Assembly (NCBI GenBank): GCA_017609985.1
Contig: JAFCCW010000003.1
Location: 1-52,189 of the forward strand
Direction of reading: 5' to 3'
Source: Candidatus Iainarchaeum sp.
Lineage (GTDB): Archaea; Iainarchaeota; Iainarchaeia; Iainarchaeales; JAFCCW01
DNA length: 52,189 nucleotides
The position numbers were made by a program, and so were the translations under genes. Position 1 is the first letter of the stretch. Every line of letters starts with the position of its first letter. Of the stretch, positions 29,472-40,263 are shown in pieces. The notes beneath the pieces are model-generated. The model was not told the DNA's origin. It worked only from the letters and a program-made list of their open reading frames with translations, and ran no database searches.

Positions 29472-30128
29472 ATGGGACTAAGAAAAAGAATCAGGGACAT
29501 CCGACTAAGAAGATGGGTGGATCACACAAGAGACTTGAGAAACGCAGACCATTACGAGCTGGAACACAGAACAGGAATTGTCGGAGGAAAACACTTGTTT
29601 TTTAAGAGTCCATTGAGAGAAATTGATGAACTGTTCAGAGAATCAGGAAAATTCTCAATGAAAGATTTTATTTCAAAAAAACTCAAGCGCAGAAAAGCCT
29701 TTATTGGGGGAAGAGTTAAAATTCCGGTCAGAGTTCTTGACCTTGGGTGCGGAGACGGAACTGCCCTGAAAGGAATCAGAGAAAAGTTTCCAGAAGCTGC
29801 TGAAGCAGGCGGGCTTGAACTGCATGGCATTCTTGCAGAGTCAAGAATTCCTGGAAGCGGACTTGAAGGAATTGAAATTAAGAGAGCCTTGTTTAGGGAC
29901 ACAGCAGAACTATTCCCAGCAAAGCATTTTGACCTTGTTTACTCTCATTATGGACTGCTCCACGAACCACAGAATATAGTGCAAAATATTCAGGGAATAA
30001 AACAGGTTCTCAAAAAAGATGGAATTCTTGTGTTCAACTGTGATGGCAAGCGTGAAATTCCAAAAAAAGCATTTGAAGGATTTGAAGTCATGAATTCAGG
30101 CCAAGTGTATGTGCTGAGAAAAAAATAG
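29472..30128 (+). CDS. Class I SAM-dependent methyltransferase (orphan)
   Basis: VLDLGCGDG, FDLVYS, VLKKDG. Confidence 0.85.
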   Translation: MGLRKRIRDIRLRRWVDHTRDLRNADHYELEHRTGIVGGKHLFFKSPLREIDELFRESGKFSMKDFISKKLKRRKAFIGGRVKIPVRVLDLGCGDGTALKGIREKFPEAAEAGGLELHGILAESRIPGSGLEGIEIKRALFRDTAELFPAKHFDLVYSHYGLLHEPQNIVQNIQGIKQVLKKDGILVFNCDGKREIPKKAFEGFEVMNSGQVYVLRKK

Positions 30129-30196
30129 AAAGAAAAAATAGAAAACTGGAAATTGAAAGCAAACAAGAAAAGAGAAAAAAGGAATCTGGAAAAGAG

Positions 30197-31192
30197 CTAT
30201 TTGCTCTCTTCCTTTTTTTCAAACATCGCCCTTATCTTTGCACCGACAGTTTCAATTGAAGAATTCTTTTCCTCTTCCCTCAAGTTCTTCAGGTTTGGAA
30301 TGCCGTTCTTGAATTCCTCAATCCAGTCCTTTGCAAACTCGCCTGACTCAACATTTTTGAGAGCTTCCTTCATTGCATCCCTAACAGGTTGTCCGACAAT
30401 TTTCGGTCCAACAGTCCTCGAACCCCACTCAGCAGTATTAGAAACCCTCGAATGCATGTTCTGGATACCCCCTTCGTAGAACAAGTCAACAATTAGCTTG
30501 AGCTCGTTCATGCATTCAAAGTAAGCTATTTCTTCAGGATAACCTGCTTCAACAAGAGTGTCAAAGCCTGCCTTAACAAGCTCTGTTACTCCACCACACA
30601 AAACAGCCTGCTCTCCGAACAAGTCACTGTAAGTTTCCTGTTCAAAAGTGCATTCCATAACTCCAGCGCGGGTGAAACCCATTGCCTTAGCCATGCCAAG
30701 AGCAACTTCCTTTGCCTTGCCAGAAGAATCCTGCTTTATTGCAATCAAGCCAGGAACTCCGAAGCCTTCAAGAAAGCGTTTTCTTTCCTCGCTCCCAGGT
30801 GATTTTGGAGCAACCATGATAACATCAACATTCTCTGGAGGAACAATCTGCTTGAAAACAATTGAAAAGCCGTGCGAACAGCAAAGAATGTTTCCCTCGC
30901 TTATCTTGTCCTTGATTTGTTCCTCGTAGACTTTTCCCTGAACCTCATCAGGCAAGAGAATGTGAATGACATCGGCTTTTTCAGCAGCCTCTGCAATTGA
31001 ATAAACTTCAAACCCGTCTTCTTTTGCCTTGTCTGCTGCAGGCTCTGGCCTGCTTCCGACGATTACATTCAAGCCAGAGTCCTTCATGCACAAAGCCTGT
31101 GCTTCACCCTGGTTTCCATAACCAATAACAGCTATAATCTTGTCTTTTACTGCATCAAGTGATGCGTCATTTTCGTGAAAAATTTTTACCAT
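30197..31192 (-). CDS. ilvC: Ketol-acid reductoisomerase
   Basis: IGYGNQG, LLPDE, HGF, APKSPG, DLFGEQAVLCGG, SNTAEWG; ATG 31192 after GGAGG. Confidence 0.97.
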   Translation of the reverse strand: MVKIFHENDASLDAVKDKIIAVIGYGNQGEAQALCMKDSGLNVIVGSRPEPAADKAKEDGFEVYSIAEAAEKADVIHILLPDEVQGKVYEEQIKDKISEGNILCCSHGFSIVFKQIVPPENVDVIMVAPKSPGSEERKRFLEGFGVPGLIAIKQDSSGKAKEVALGMAKAMGFTRAGVMECTFEQETYSDLFGEQAVLCGGVTELVKAGFDTLVEAGYPEEIAYFECMNELKLIVDLFYEGGIQNMHSRVSNTAEWGSRTVGPKIVGQPVRDAMKEALKNVESGEFAKDWIEEFKNGIPNLKNLREEEKNSSIETVGAKIRAMFEKKEESK

Positions 31193-31301
31193 AGAAATTA
31201 CCTCCAAGCAGTTAAAAGAAAAATTCCTGCGCTAAGTTTTAAAACATTGCCCTTCAAATTTTTTACATCTAAAAAACGCATTACCTGAGAAAGGGATTAA
31301 A

Positions 31302-33377
31302 TTGATTGAACTTGTTTTTGTTGCGAGCGTCGTAGCCCTTCTCTTTGCCTTCTGGCTGTCCAGATTTGTGATGAAGCAGAGCGAAGGCTCCAAAGAAATG
31401 ATAGAAGTAGCAGAAGCAATCAGAGAAGGAGCAAATGCTTTCCTTGGAAGACAGTACAAGACAATCGCTATTTACTTTGCAATAGTTCTTGTGATACTGA
31501 TTGCACTTGTTGCACTGGGTCACCTGACAATCTTTGTTCCATTTGCTTTCCTCAGTGGAGGATTTTTCTCCGCACTAAGCGGCTATATAGGAATGAAGAT
31601 AGCAACAAACGCTAATGCAAGAACAACAGAGGGAGCAAAAAAATCTTTGAACCATGGTTTGAAAATTGCTTTTTCTTCAGGAGCAGTAATGGGCTTTATG
31701 GTTATCGGTCTTGCATTGCTTGACTTAAGCATCTGGTATGCAATACTTAACTGGTTTTATTCAGGATTAGAAACTGCAGCAAGAATGCAGCACATTACCT
31801 CTGCAATGCTGACTTTTGGAATGGGTGCCTCTTCAGTTGCATTGTTTGCAAGAGTTGGCGGAGGAATCTTCACAAAAGCAGCTGATGTTGGCGCAGACCT
31901 TGTTGGAAAAGTTGAAGCAGGAATTCCAGAAGATGATGCAAGAAACCCGGCAGTAATTGCAGACAATGTTGGAGACAACGTGGGGGATGTTGCTGGAATG
32001 GGAGCAGACCTCTACGAAAGCTATGTTGGAAGTGTTATTGCAACAATGGCTTTGGGAGTTGCAGCAGGACTGAGTGTGGAAGGAGTTACTCTGCCAATGA
32101 GCATTGCTGCTCTGGGAGTGATTGTATCAATACTTGGAACCTTCCTTGTCAAAACAAAAGAGGACGCAACACAACACGAGCTATTGAATGCGTTGAGAAG
32201 AGGAATGTATGGAGCATCAATCCTTCTTGCAATCGGAGCATACTTTGCAACAACAATGATTCTTGGAGCAGAGCATATTGGAGTTTATTACGCTATTTTG
32301 ATTGGGCTGATTACAGGAATAATTATTGGCTTTTCAACTGAGTACTTTACTTCAGCAAAATACAAGCCAACACAATTTATTGCAGAGTCAAGCCAGACAG
32401 GCCCTGCAACTGTTATAATTGATGGAATGAGCATTGGAATGCTTTCAACAGCTGTGCCAATTCTTGCAATTGGAGTAGCAATTCTTTTGAGCTTTAGCTT
32501 TGCAGGCGGATGGGACAACACTAATGCAGGACTTTACGGAATAGGAATTGCTGCAGTTGGAATGCTTTCCACCCTCGGGTTCACTCTTGCAACAGACGCT
32601 TACGGGCCTGTAGCAGACAACGCGGGCGGAATAGCTGAAATGACACACCAGAAACCGATTGTTAGAAAGAGAACAGATGCTTTTGATTCACTTGGAAACA
32701 CTACTGCTGCAACAGGCAAAGGATTTGCAATCGGTTCCGCGGCACTAACAGCACTTGCACTAATTGCAGCTTATCGAGAAGAAGTATTACTGCTTGGAAT
32801 TAGCATGGATCTTTCAATAATGAATCCAAAAGTAATGGTTGGATTGTTTATTGGAGGAATGCTGCCGTTCCTGTTCAGTTCAATGACTATGAGAGCAGTT
32901 GGCAGAGCAGCAGGAGAAATAGTTGAAGAAGTCAGAAGGCAATTTAAGGAAATTCCAGGAATAATGACTGGCAAAGGAAAGCCAGATTATCGCGCATGCG
33001 TTACAATCAGCACAAAGTCTGCTCAGAGAGAAATGATACTGCCTGCTCTAACAGCAATCGCTACACCAATTGTTTTCGGACTGTTAATTGGAGTAGAAGG
33101 AGTTGTGGGATTGCTCGCAGGAGCACTAGTTAGCGGATTTGTTCTCGCTGTTTTCATGGCAAACACTGGCGGAGCATGGGACAATGCAAAGAAGTTTATT
33201 GAAGACGGAAACTTTGGCGGAAAGGGAAGTGAAGGGCACAAAGCAGCAGTAATCGGAGACACTGTTGGAGACCCATTCAAAGACACATCAGGCCCAAGCC
33301 TAAATATTTTGATAAAATTAATGAGCATGGTTTCGCTCGTGTTCGCTTCAGTTGTAGTAACTTACGCTATTTTCTAG
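31302..33377 (+). CDS. hppA: Membrane-bound ion-translocating pyrophosphatase (K+-dependent, Na+,H+-PPase-like)
   Basis: [36 protein letters not shown]; many TM segments. Confidence 0.96.
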   Translation: MIELVFVASVVALLFAFWLSRFVMKQSEGSKEMIEVAEAIREGANAFLGRQYKTIAIYFAIVLVILIALVALGHLTIFVPFAFLSGGFFSALSGYIGMKIATNANARTTEGAKKSLNHGLKIAFSSGAVMGFMVIGLALLDLSIWYAILNWFYSGLETAARMQHITSAMLTFGMGASSVALFARVGGGIFTKAADVGADLVGKVEAGIPEDDARNPAVIADNVGDNVGDVAGMGADLYESYVGSVIATMALGVAAGLSVEGVTLPMSIAALGVIVSILGTFLVKTKEDATQHELLNALRRGMYGASILLAIGAYFATTMILGAEHIGVYYAILIGLITGIIIGFSTEYFTSAKYKPTQFIAESSQTGPATVIIDGMSIGMLSTAVPILAIGVAILLSFSFAGGWDNTNAGLYGIGIAAVGMLSTLGFTLATDAYGPVADNAGGIAEMTHQKPIVRKRTDAFDSLGNTTAATGKGFAIGSAALTALALIAAYREEVLLLGISMDLSIMNPKVMVGLFIGGMLPFLFSSMTMRAVGRAAGEIVEEVRRQFKEIPGIMTGKGKPDYRACVTISTKSAQREMILPALTAIATPIVFGLLIGVEGVVGLLAGALVSGFVLAVFMANTGGAWDNAKKFIEDGNFGGKGSEGHKAAVIGDTVGDPFKDTSGPSLNILIKLMSMVSLVFASVVVTYAIF

Positions 33378-33421
33378 TTTAAGTTTAAGCTTAAATACTT
33401 GTTTTGAATAGAATATAATTA

Positions 33422-34306
33422 ATGAAAAAAAATCTTATTTCAGGCTTTGCTCCATTAGTTATTTTTCTAATTCTTTTAAGTGGGTGCATCTTCTTTCCAA
33501 ATCCAGAGGATAACTCCCTAATTGTGAACCCTTTTCCGTTTATTGGATCAGACAACAGCAATGAACCTGGACCAGAACCAGTGGAGCCACAGCCAGAAAC
33601 AGGGCCAGTGCCAATTATTGAACCAGCTTCTAATCCAGACAAACCAGAAAATTCTGGGCCAACAGAACCTGTTAAACAAGAAGAAAAAGAAGAAAATGAA
33701 ACAGGAGACAAAGAAGAGGAAAATCCAGAAGACCCCGAGCCCCTAAAACCAGCACCCTCAAACTATTGCATTGAAATAAACGAACTGGACGGAAACGGAA
33801 TTGGATGCAAAGACCTATTGACAGGAGAAACCCATTACTCAGGCTGTGATGAAAGCACTCCATTTAACTGGAGATGTGAAACGCAAGAAGAAGAAAATGC
33901 AATAAAATGCACTTATTCAGTTAGTCAAGAATGTGAAGAATGCTTTCACTGTGGTTTATTTTATGAACAAGACAAGATCACAGTAACCTGTGTTCCAAAC
34001 AGTTCCACAAGAGTAATCAGCGAGGTTCAGATTAGCACAGATAATCCAATGCCAGAAAACGAGGAGCTTGTTGAACCTCTTACGCTTGAAATTTGTGAAG
34101 ACCTGGAAGAATTTTGCTGGCACAAGCTGACAGAAGAAACTATCAGTATTGTCTGCAAAGAATACTATGAAAACGTTGACTGCGGAAACAGATCCAGCTG
34201 GATCAACTGCGAAGACTGTCCTACAGACTGGATACAGGACTGTACAAGGCAAAGCTATTATTCAGAACATGAATTCCTTTGCAATTATTGTGAAGAAAAC
34301 TGCTAA
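33422..34306 (+). CDS. Putative lipoprotein with Pro/Glu-rich linker and Cys-rich acidic domains
   Basis: MKK + hydrophobic stretch + LSGC lipobox; PEP-rich stalk; about 20 Cys. Confidence 0.8.
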   Translation: MKKNLISGFAPLVIFLILLSGCIFFPNPEDNSLIVNPFPFIGSDNSNEPGPEPVEPQPETGPVPIIEPASNPDKPENSGPTEPVKQEEKEENETGDKEEENPEDPEPLKPAPSNYCIEINELDGNGIGCKDLLTGETHYSGCDESTPFNWRCETQEEENAIKCTYSVSQECEECFHCGLFYEQDKITVTCVPNSSTRVISEVQISTDNPMPENEELVEPLTLEICEDLEEFCWHKLTEETISIVCKEYYENVDCGNRSSWINCEDCPTDWIQDCTRQSYYSEHEFLCNYCEENC

Positions 34307-34767
34307 AGTTTTCCTTCAAAGACAATAGAATAAGCTTGTCTGGCAAAATTTCTTGTCTGAGAATCAGAGTCTGCTTTCAAGCGAGTTAGTCCTGACCTGA
34401 CACTGTTTCTTGTTGCCTCAGACCAGAAAGGAGCAAAACCAAGTTCTGCAAAAAACTTTGATACATTGCGCCTTATTTTTACATCAGGGTCTTCAGCGAA
34501 TCTGAGAAAAGCATTTACTGCCTGCTCGCGCTCTGCAGGGTTAGCAGCCGAGTTTGCAATCTGCTCAAGACCCACAAGAATAGAAATTCGTTCAGTATAA
34601 TCTAACTCAAAAATAGTTCTGCTGGAAATAATTTTGCTGACAGCAACCTGTCGTTCAGAAACTGAGCCCTTAATCAAAACTTCGGCTAATGTTTTTTTCT
34701 CAGGAGGCTTTGGAGATGCAGTGTGAAGTTCTCGCATTCTTTTCAAAAAATCAGATCGCCTAGGCAT
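34303..34767 (-). CDS. Hypothetical protein, HEAT-repeat-like
   Basis: Helical repeats ending DPDVKIRR and DSDSQTR; MPRR start. Confidence 0.65.
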   Translation of the reverse strand: MPRRSDFLKRMRELHTASPKPPEKKTLAEVLIKGSVSERQVAVSKIISSRTIFELDYTERISILVGLEQIANSAANPAEREQAVNAFLRFAEDPDVKIRRNVSKFFAELGFAPFWSEATRNSVRSGLTRLKADSDSQTRNFARQAYSIVFEGKL

Positions 34768-34849
34768 ACAAATCAATAAAATAATGATTCAGAGATATAA
34801 ATTTCTTTGCATGCAAAAGAATTTATTAAATGAAAGAGATTCTATTAAC

Positions 34850-35605
34850 ATGGGCAAAAAACCAGGCTGGTTCAAAAAGCAGGTCAGAAGAGCAAAAGAA
34901 ACAGCAAGAGCAGAGGGAAAACGAGAACTCTTATCCTCTAACTTGCAAAGAACTACTTCTCAGCTGACAGAACTTAAAAAAATGCTCAAAGCAGAAAAAG
35001 ACCCAAGGCTAAGGCAGAGCCTTATCGCCCAGATTGTCTCAGCTCAAAACAGGATTCACACATCAAACTATCATATTGTTCTGGGGCTTGTGCTGGCAAA
35101 GTCAAGACCAAGCGAGATATACAAGAATTCAAGAACAATTGGATTAAATCCACAGGAACTCACAGGAATTCTTGTTGAATATGGCTGGCCAAGGCTTGAT
35201 ATAGTTGAAGAACTTATGCGAGCAGGCTATGAAGAAGAAGAAATAATGGAAACAACAGGACTGGATAATATTTCAAAAAAAGCACTTGAACCAACACCTG
35301 ACGAAAGAGTTGACAAATGGTGGAGAAAAAATTACACACACAGCATGGACCCTGACCAGGCACAAAGGGGAAGGCTGAGAGTAATGTTTCACGACTTCAA
35401 TGACTGGCTTGAAAGAACAGGGGAACAGCCAATAGACAAGAAAGGCGAATTTGATGAAGGAAAATTTGGAATGCTCTACGGGCAGTTTCTGGAAGAGCAT
35501 GGACTTGAACTAAGAGATCCAAAACTAAAAGATTTGAAAGGAAAAGAAAGAAGCAGGGTTGTTTTGAACAAACTGGTCAGACGATTTTGGAAACAGGAAA
35601 AATAA
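34850..35605 (+). CDS. Hypothetical protein
   Basis: Long ORF filling the gap before leuB; probable ATG at 34850 after TTTATTAAA. Confidence 0.75.
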   Translation: MGKKPGWFKKQVRRAKETARAEGKRELLSSNLQRTTSQLTELKKMLKAEKDPRLRQSLIAQIVSAQNRIHTSNYHIVLGLVLAKSRPSEIYKNSRTIGLNPQELTGILVEYGWPRLDIVEELMRAGYEEEEIMETTGLDNISKKALEPTPDERVDKWWRKNYTHSMDPDQAQRGRLRVMFHDFNDWLERTGEQPIDKKGEFDEGKFGMLYGQFLEEHGLELRDPKLKDLKGKERSRVVLNKLVRRFWKQEK

Positions 35606-35608
35606 AAA

Positions 35609-36685
35609 TTATTCAATCTCTTCAGAGACAGCTTTTCCGATTTCCTTTGTGCCGACTTTCTTTGTGCCCGGCTCTTCAGTGAAAATATCTCCAGTCCTGT
35701 AACCCTGTTCAAGCACTTTCACAACAGCTGACTCAATTGCATCAGCCTCTTTCTCCAGACTAAAAGAGTGTCTGAGCATCATTGCGCCTGAAAGAATCTG
35801 AGCAAGCGGGTTTGCAATTCCCTGTCCAGCAATGTCTGGAGCAGAGCCGTGAATTGGCTCATACATTCCGAATTTTTTCTCATTAATGCTTGCACTTGCA
35901 AGCATGCCAATGCTTCCGGAAATGCAGGAAGCCTCGTCACTGAGAATGTCACCAAACATGTTTCCGGTAACGATTACATCAAACTGCTTTGGGTTGGAAA
36001 CCAGCTGCATTGCAGCATTGTCAACGTAAAGATGGTTTAATTCAACTTCTGGAAAATCCTTTGCAACTTCCTCAACAGTTGAACGCCAGAGCCTGCTAAC
36101 GCCGAGAACATTTGCTTTGTCAACAGAAGTGAGTTTCTTGCCTCGCTTCATTGCAGATTCGAAAGCAAGCCTTGCGATTCTCTCAACTTCCTTTTTGGAA
36201 TACCTCATCTCGTCAGCAGAAGAATCTTTTCCCTCTTCTTTTTTTCCGAAATAAATCCCGCTTGTCAACTCTCTTACAAACAAGATATCCATGCTGTCTC
36301 CGACAATCTCCGGCTTAAGCGGAGAAGCAGAAGCAAGAGGCCCGAAAATAACTGCAGGGCGAAGATTAGCAAACAAGTCATAGCGTTTTCTAATGGGAAG
36401 AAGTGCTCCGCGCTCAGGAGTAAGCTCTGGCGGAAGACTAGCCCATTTTTCTCCGCCAACTGCTCCGAAGAAAATTGCATCGGAATTGTCGCAGACTTCT
36501 TTTGTGTCTTCAGGAAAAGGATGCTTTTTTGCATCGTAAGCAGCTCCGCCAATTAATGCTTCAGTAAACTGGAATTCACAGCCGTGCTTTTCAGAAACCC
36601 TGTTAAGAACAGCTGTTCCCTGCTCCATTATCTCAGGGCCAATGCCGTCCCCTGCAAGAACAGCTATTTTGAAGTTTTTTGCCAT
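35609..36685 (-). CDS. leuB: 3-isopropylmalate dehydrogenase
   Basis: [40 protein letters not shown]. Confidence 0.97.
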   Translation of the reverse strand: MAKNFKIAVLAGDGIGPEIMEQGTAVLNRVSEKHGCEFQFTEALIGGAAYDAKKHPFPEDTKEVCDNSDAIFFGAVGGEKWASLPPELTPERGALLPIRKRYDLFANLRPAVIFGPLASASPLKPEIVGDSMDILFVRELTSGIYFGKKEEGKDSSADEMRYSKKEVERIARLAFESAMKRGKKLTSVDKANVLGVSRLWRSTVEEVAKDFPEVELNHLYVDNAAMQLVSNPKQFDVIVTGNMFGDILSDEASCISGSIGMLASASINEKKFGMYEPIHGSAPDIAGQGIANPLAQILSGAMMLRHSFSLEKEADAIESAVVKVLEQGYRTGDIFTEEPGTKKVGTKEIGKAVSEEIE

Positions 36686-37177
36686 TTACTTTCCCTCCTT
36701 TTTAGCCCAGGCAAGCAGTCCGCCTGCGTCAATTATTCCCTGAATGAATTCAGGCAGTGGCTTTGCCTTGTAAGACTCGTTCTTTGAAATGTTTTTGATT
36801 TCCCCAGTGTCAGGATTGACTTCAACCTCGTCGCCTGATTCAATTGCTTTTGAAGCTTCCCTGGACTCGAAAAGAGGCAAGCCCATGTTGATGCTGTTTC
36901 GGAAGAAAATTCGTGCAAAGCTTGTCGCAATAACACAGGAGACACCAGCATGCTTTATTGCAATAGGAGCATGCTCTCTGCTGGAACCGCATCCAAAATT
37001 TTCCCCGCCCACAATAATGTCTCCCTTAGAAACCTTTTTGATGAATTCAGAATCAGCGTCCTCCATGCAATGAGCAGCAAGCTCAGTATAGTTAGACGTG
37101 TTCAGATATCGTGCAGGAATAATTGCATCAGTGTCAATGTTGTCTCCAAACTTGAAAGCTTTTCCTTTGTAAGTCAT
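36686..37177 (-). CDS. leuD: 3-isopropylmalate dehydratase small subunit
   Basis: [26 protein letters not shown]. Confidence 0.97.
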   Translation of the reverse strand: MTYKGKAFKFGDNIDTDAIIPARYLNTSNYTELAAHCMEDADSEFIKKVSKGDIIVGGENFGCGSSREHAPIAIKHAGVSCVIATSFARIFFRNSINMGLPLFESREASKAIESGDEVEVNPDTGEIKNISKNESYKAKPLPEFIQGIIDAGGLLAWAKKEGK

Positions 37178-37197
37178 TTTAAACCTCTGATTTGAAT

Positions 37198-38463
37198 TCA
37201 TTCAACCACTTCCTCTGGATGAACAATCTTTCCCGCGATTGCGCTCGCAGCAGCAACAGCTGGATTGCTTAGGTAAACCTCGCTCTTTGGGCTCCCCATC
37301 CTGCCAACAAAGTTTCTGTTGGTTGTAGAGATTGCTTTTTCTCCTTCAGCAAGAACACCCATATGACCACCAAGGCATGGCCCGCATGTTGGAGTTGAAA
37401 AAACAGCTCCAGCTTCTACAAAAATTTGAGCAATTCCTGAATTCATGCATTCTTTGTGAATCTTCTGGGTTCCGGGAAGAATAATGCACCTGACTCCAGA
37501 GGCAACCTGCTTTCCCTTCATTATGGAAGCAGCCTCTTTCAAGTCCTCCATTCTGCCATTAGTGCAAGAACCAATAACTGACTGGTCAATTGGAACATAT
37601 CCAACTTCTGAAACAGGCTTTGTGTTCTCAGGAAGATGAGGAAACGAAACCTGGGGCTCGATTTTGGAAGCATCGTAATCGAATGACTCACAGTATTCTG
37701 CATCAGAATCGCTCTTGAAAATCTTAAATAGCTTGTCTGTTGCCTGCTTGACAAACGCCTCTGTTTTTGAGTCAGGCTCAATCAAGCCGGCTTTTCCACC
37801 AGCCTCAATCGCCATGTTTGACATTGAAAATCGTGAATCCATTGAAAGCTCACTTATTGTAGGCCCAGTGAACTCCATTGCCTTGTAAAGCGAACCGCTT
37901 ACCCCAATTTCCCCGATTGTGTAAAGAATCAAGTCTTTTCCTGAAACATGTTCTTGAAGCTTGCCTTCAAAAGAAAACTTCTGGGATTCAGGAACCTTAA
38001 ACCAGAGCTTGCCAAGAGCCATTGCAGCAGCAAGATCTGTTGAACCAACACCTGTTGCAAAAGCTCCCAAAGCACCGTAAGTACAGGTGTGAGAGTCAGC
38101 TCCAACTACAACCATGCCAGGTCTTACAAGCCCTTGTTCTGGAAGAAGCACGTGCTCTATTCCAACGCGACCAACCTCGAAATAGTTTTCAAGTTTTTGC
38201 TCTTGAGCAAACTCGCGCATAAACTTGCACTGTCCAGCAGACTTAATATCCTTGTTTGGAGTGAAATGGTCGGGAATAACAGTGACTTTTTCCCTGTCAA
38301 AAACCTCTTTGAAACCTGCTTTGCGAAATTCCTCAATTGCAATTGGAGCAGTAATATCGTTTCCAAAAGCAAAATCAACATCTGCAAGAATTATCTCACC
38401 AGGGCTAAGATTATCTTTACCAGAATGCTCTGCAAGAATCTTTTCCGAAATTGTTGCACCCAT
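37198..38463 (-). CDS. leuC: 3-isopropylmalate dehydratase large subunit
   Basis: [27 protein letters not shown]. Confidence 0.97.
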   Translation of the reverse strand: MGATISEKILAEHSGKDNLSPGEIILADVDFAFGNDITAPIAIEEFRKAGFKEVFDREKVTVIPDHFTPNKDIKSAGQCKFMREFAQEQKLENYFEVGRVGIEHVLLPEQGLVRPGMVVVGADSHTCTYGALGAFATGVGSTDLAAAMALGKLWFKVPESQKFSFEGKLQEHVSGKDLILYTIGEIGVSGSLYKAMEFTGPTISELSMDSRFSMSNMAIEAGGKAGLIEPDSKTEAFVKQATDKLFKIFKSDSDAEYCESFDYDASKIEPQVSFPHLPENTKPVSEVGYVPIDQSVIGSCTNGRMEDLKEAASIMKGKQVASGVRCIILPGTQKIHKECMNSGIAQIFVEAGAVFSTPTCGPCLGGHMGVLAEGEKAISTTNRNFVGRMGSPKSEVYLSNPAVAAASAIAGKIVHPEEVVE

Positions 38464-38511
38464 ACTGTTCACCAGATTTTATAAACAGGAAATCTTTTAT
38501 TACTTAATTAC

Positions 38512-40047
38512 TTATTTAGGCTTGCCTTCTTTAAATAAAGCCTTGTTATAACCATTAATTATTGCCTCGACAGACGCCATTATTACATCCTCATTGATTG
38601 CTTCAGCTAAAAACTCTTTTCCCCTGCTGTTCTTAACCTTTATTACTACATTCGCAAGAGCATCTGTCCCTCCAGTAATTGCCTTAAGATTGTATTCCTT
38701 GAGAGAAACTTTTTCAGAAATAACTGAAGCAATTGCTTTCGCGCTTGCATCAACTGGTCCGACACCTTTTGCTTTTCCAACAACCTGCTTTCCGTCAATC
38801 TTCAAAGAAACCTCTGCCTCAGGCTGAACCCTGTTTCCAGTAAAAATTTTTACTTCTTCAAGAACAATTCTCTTGTCTTCTTCCCGCATCTGGTCAGTCA
38901 CATCATTTGCTATTGCAACAATATCTTCTCTGAAAACCCGCTTTTGCTTGTCAGCAAGAGCCTTGATGCGAGACGTAATTTCTTCAACCTGATTTTCCTT
39001 CAAACCATAACCCATTTCCTTGAGAACTGATTTAACAGCATGCTTGCCAGAGTGCTTGCCTAAAACAAGCTCTGATTCCTTTCCAATCATTTTCGGATCC
39101 ATTATTTCATAAGCTTCTCGCTTGCAAAGCACGCCATGTTGATGAATTCCGGATTCGTGAGCAAAAGCATTTTCTCCAACAACAGCTTTGTTGCGCTGAA
39201 CCAAAAGACCAGTGAATGAAGAAACCATCTGGCTTACCCGATAGATTTCGCTGAGGTTGAGATTTGTTTCAGCACTATAATAGCTTGAACGAGTTTTGAG
39301 AGCCATGGCAAGCTCTTCAAGAGCAGCATTTCCTGCCCGCTCTCCGATTCCATTGACAGCACACTCCACCTGTCCAGCACCATGCCTCACTGCCTCAAGA
39401 GAATTTGATACAGCAAGTCCAAGATCGTTATGGCAATGCACGCTAATTGTTGCCTGCTCGATGTTTGGAACATTTTCAATTATTCCAGAGATTAAATTTC
39501 CAAATTCAGCTGGCTGGGCATATCCAACAGTATCAGGAATATTGACAGTTGTTGCACCAGCTTCAATTGTTTTCTCCAAAACCTCGTAAAGAAAAGCAGT
39601 TTCTGTCCGTGAAGCATCCTCTGGACTGAATTCAATATTCTTGCAAAACTGACTTGCATACTTGACACCAGCCACACCCATCTGTATTATCTCTTTCGGC
39701 GACTTCTTGAGCTTGAACTCACGATGGATTGGAGAAGTGGCTAAGACAACATGAATTCTTGGCTTTTTTGCAGGTTCTAATGCTTTTGCAAGCCTGTCAA
39801 TGTCTTTTTCAACAACTCTTGCAAGACCAGCAACCTCGCTTTTTTTTATTTCTTTGGAAATGTCCCTAACTGCCTTAAAATCGTCCTCGCTCGCAATCGG
39901 AAAACCAGCCTCAATTATGTCCACATTCATCTTTTCAAGATGCTTTGCAATGATAATCTTTTCCTGATGGGAAAGCGTGGCTCCGGGAGACTGCTCTCCG
40001 TCTCTAAGCGTTGTGTCAAAAATCTTTATTTTTCTTGGTTTTGCCAT
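38512..40047 (-). CDS. leuA: 2-isopropylmalate synthase
   Basis: DTTLRDGEQ, HCHNDLG, GERAGN, HESGIHQ, C-terminal GxGPVDA regulatory domain. Confidence 0.96.
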   Translation of the reverse strand: MAKPRKIKIFDTTLRDGEQSPGATLSHQEKIIIAKHLEKMNVDIIEAGFPIASEDDFKAVRDISKEIKKSEVAGLARVVEKDIDRLAKALEPAKKPRIHVVLATSPIHREFKLKKSPKEIIQMGVAGVKYASQFCKNIEFSPEDASRTETAFLYEVLEKTIEAGATTVNIPDTVGYAQPAEFGNLISGIIENVPNIEQATISVHCHNDLGLAVSNSLEAVRHGAGQVECAVNGIGERAGNAALEELAMALKTRSSYYSAETNLNLSEIYRVSQMVSSFTGLLVQRNKAVVGENAFAHESGIHQHGVLCKREAYEIMDPKMIGKESELVLGKHSGKHAVKSVLKEMGYGLKENQVEEITSRIKALADKQKRVFREDIVAIANDVTDQMREEDKRIVLEEVKIFTGNRVQPEAEVSLKIDGKQVVGKAKGVGPVDASAKAIASVISEKVSLKEYNLKAITGGTDALANVVIKVKNSRGKEFLAEAINEDVIMASVEAIINGYNKALFKEGKPK

Positions 40048-40145
40048 TTATCCACCCTGAATTTTTTAAACAATAATTTTAAACATTAAACTTCAATCAA
40101 AATAAACTTGATTAAACTACTATTAATAGTTTGTTTATGATTCAA

Positions 40146-40175
40146 AGCCGCTGTTCCTCTGTGCAAGGCGCGGCT
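40146..40175 (-). promoter_or_regulatory. GC-rich RNA hairpin overlapping the Leu-rich leader stop (putative attenuator element)
   Basis: mRNA AGCCGC-G-CCU-UGCACAG-AGG-AACA-GCGGCU followed by UUGAA; competes with the GCUAUUG/CGAUAGC stem enclosing the Leu codons. Confidence 0.65.
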
Positions 40176-40263
40176 ATCGAAGTAGAAGCAATAGCTTTTC
40201 AAGAACAGTCTTCGGTTTAGCAAAATCTTTTGAAACAGTTTTGTATGCATATTTTGAAGACAT
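40174..40263 (-). CDS. leu operon leader peptide (leuL-like), MSSKYAYKTVSKDFAKPKTVLEKLLLLLR
   Basis: 29 codons with five consecutive Leu codons (CTA TTG CTT CTA CTT) before R-stop; 126 nt upstream of leuA on the same strand. Confidence 0.85.
   Translation of the reverse strand: MSSKYAYKTVSKDFAKPKTVLEKLLLLLR

Noticed and set aside
29387-31301. Leader peptides upstream of ilvD and ilvC (also checked ilvE at 41536-41626)
   Set aside because: These upstream gaps are short, hold divergent promoters and contain no Ile/Val/Leu-rich uORF
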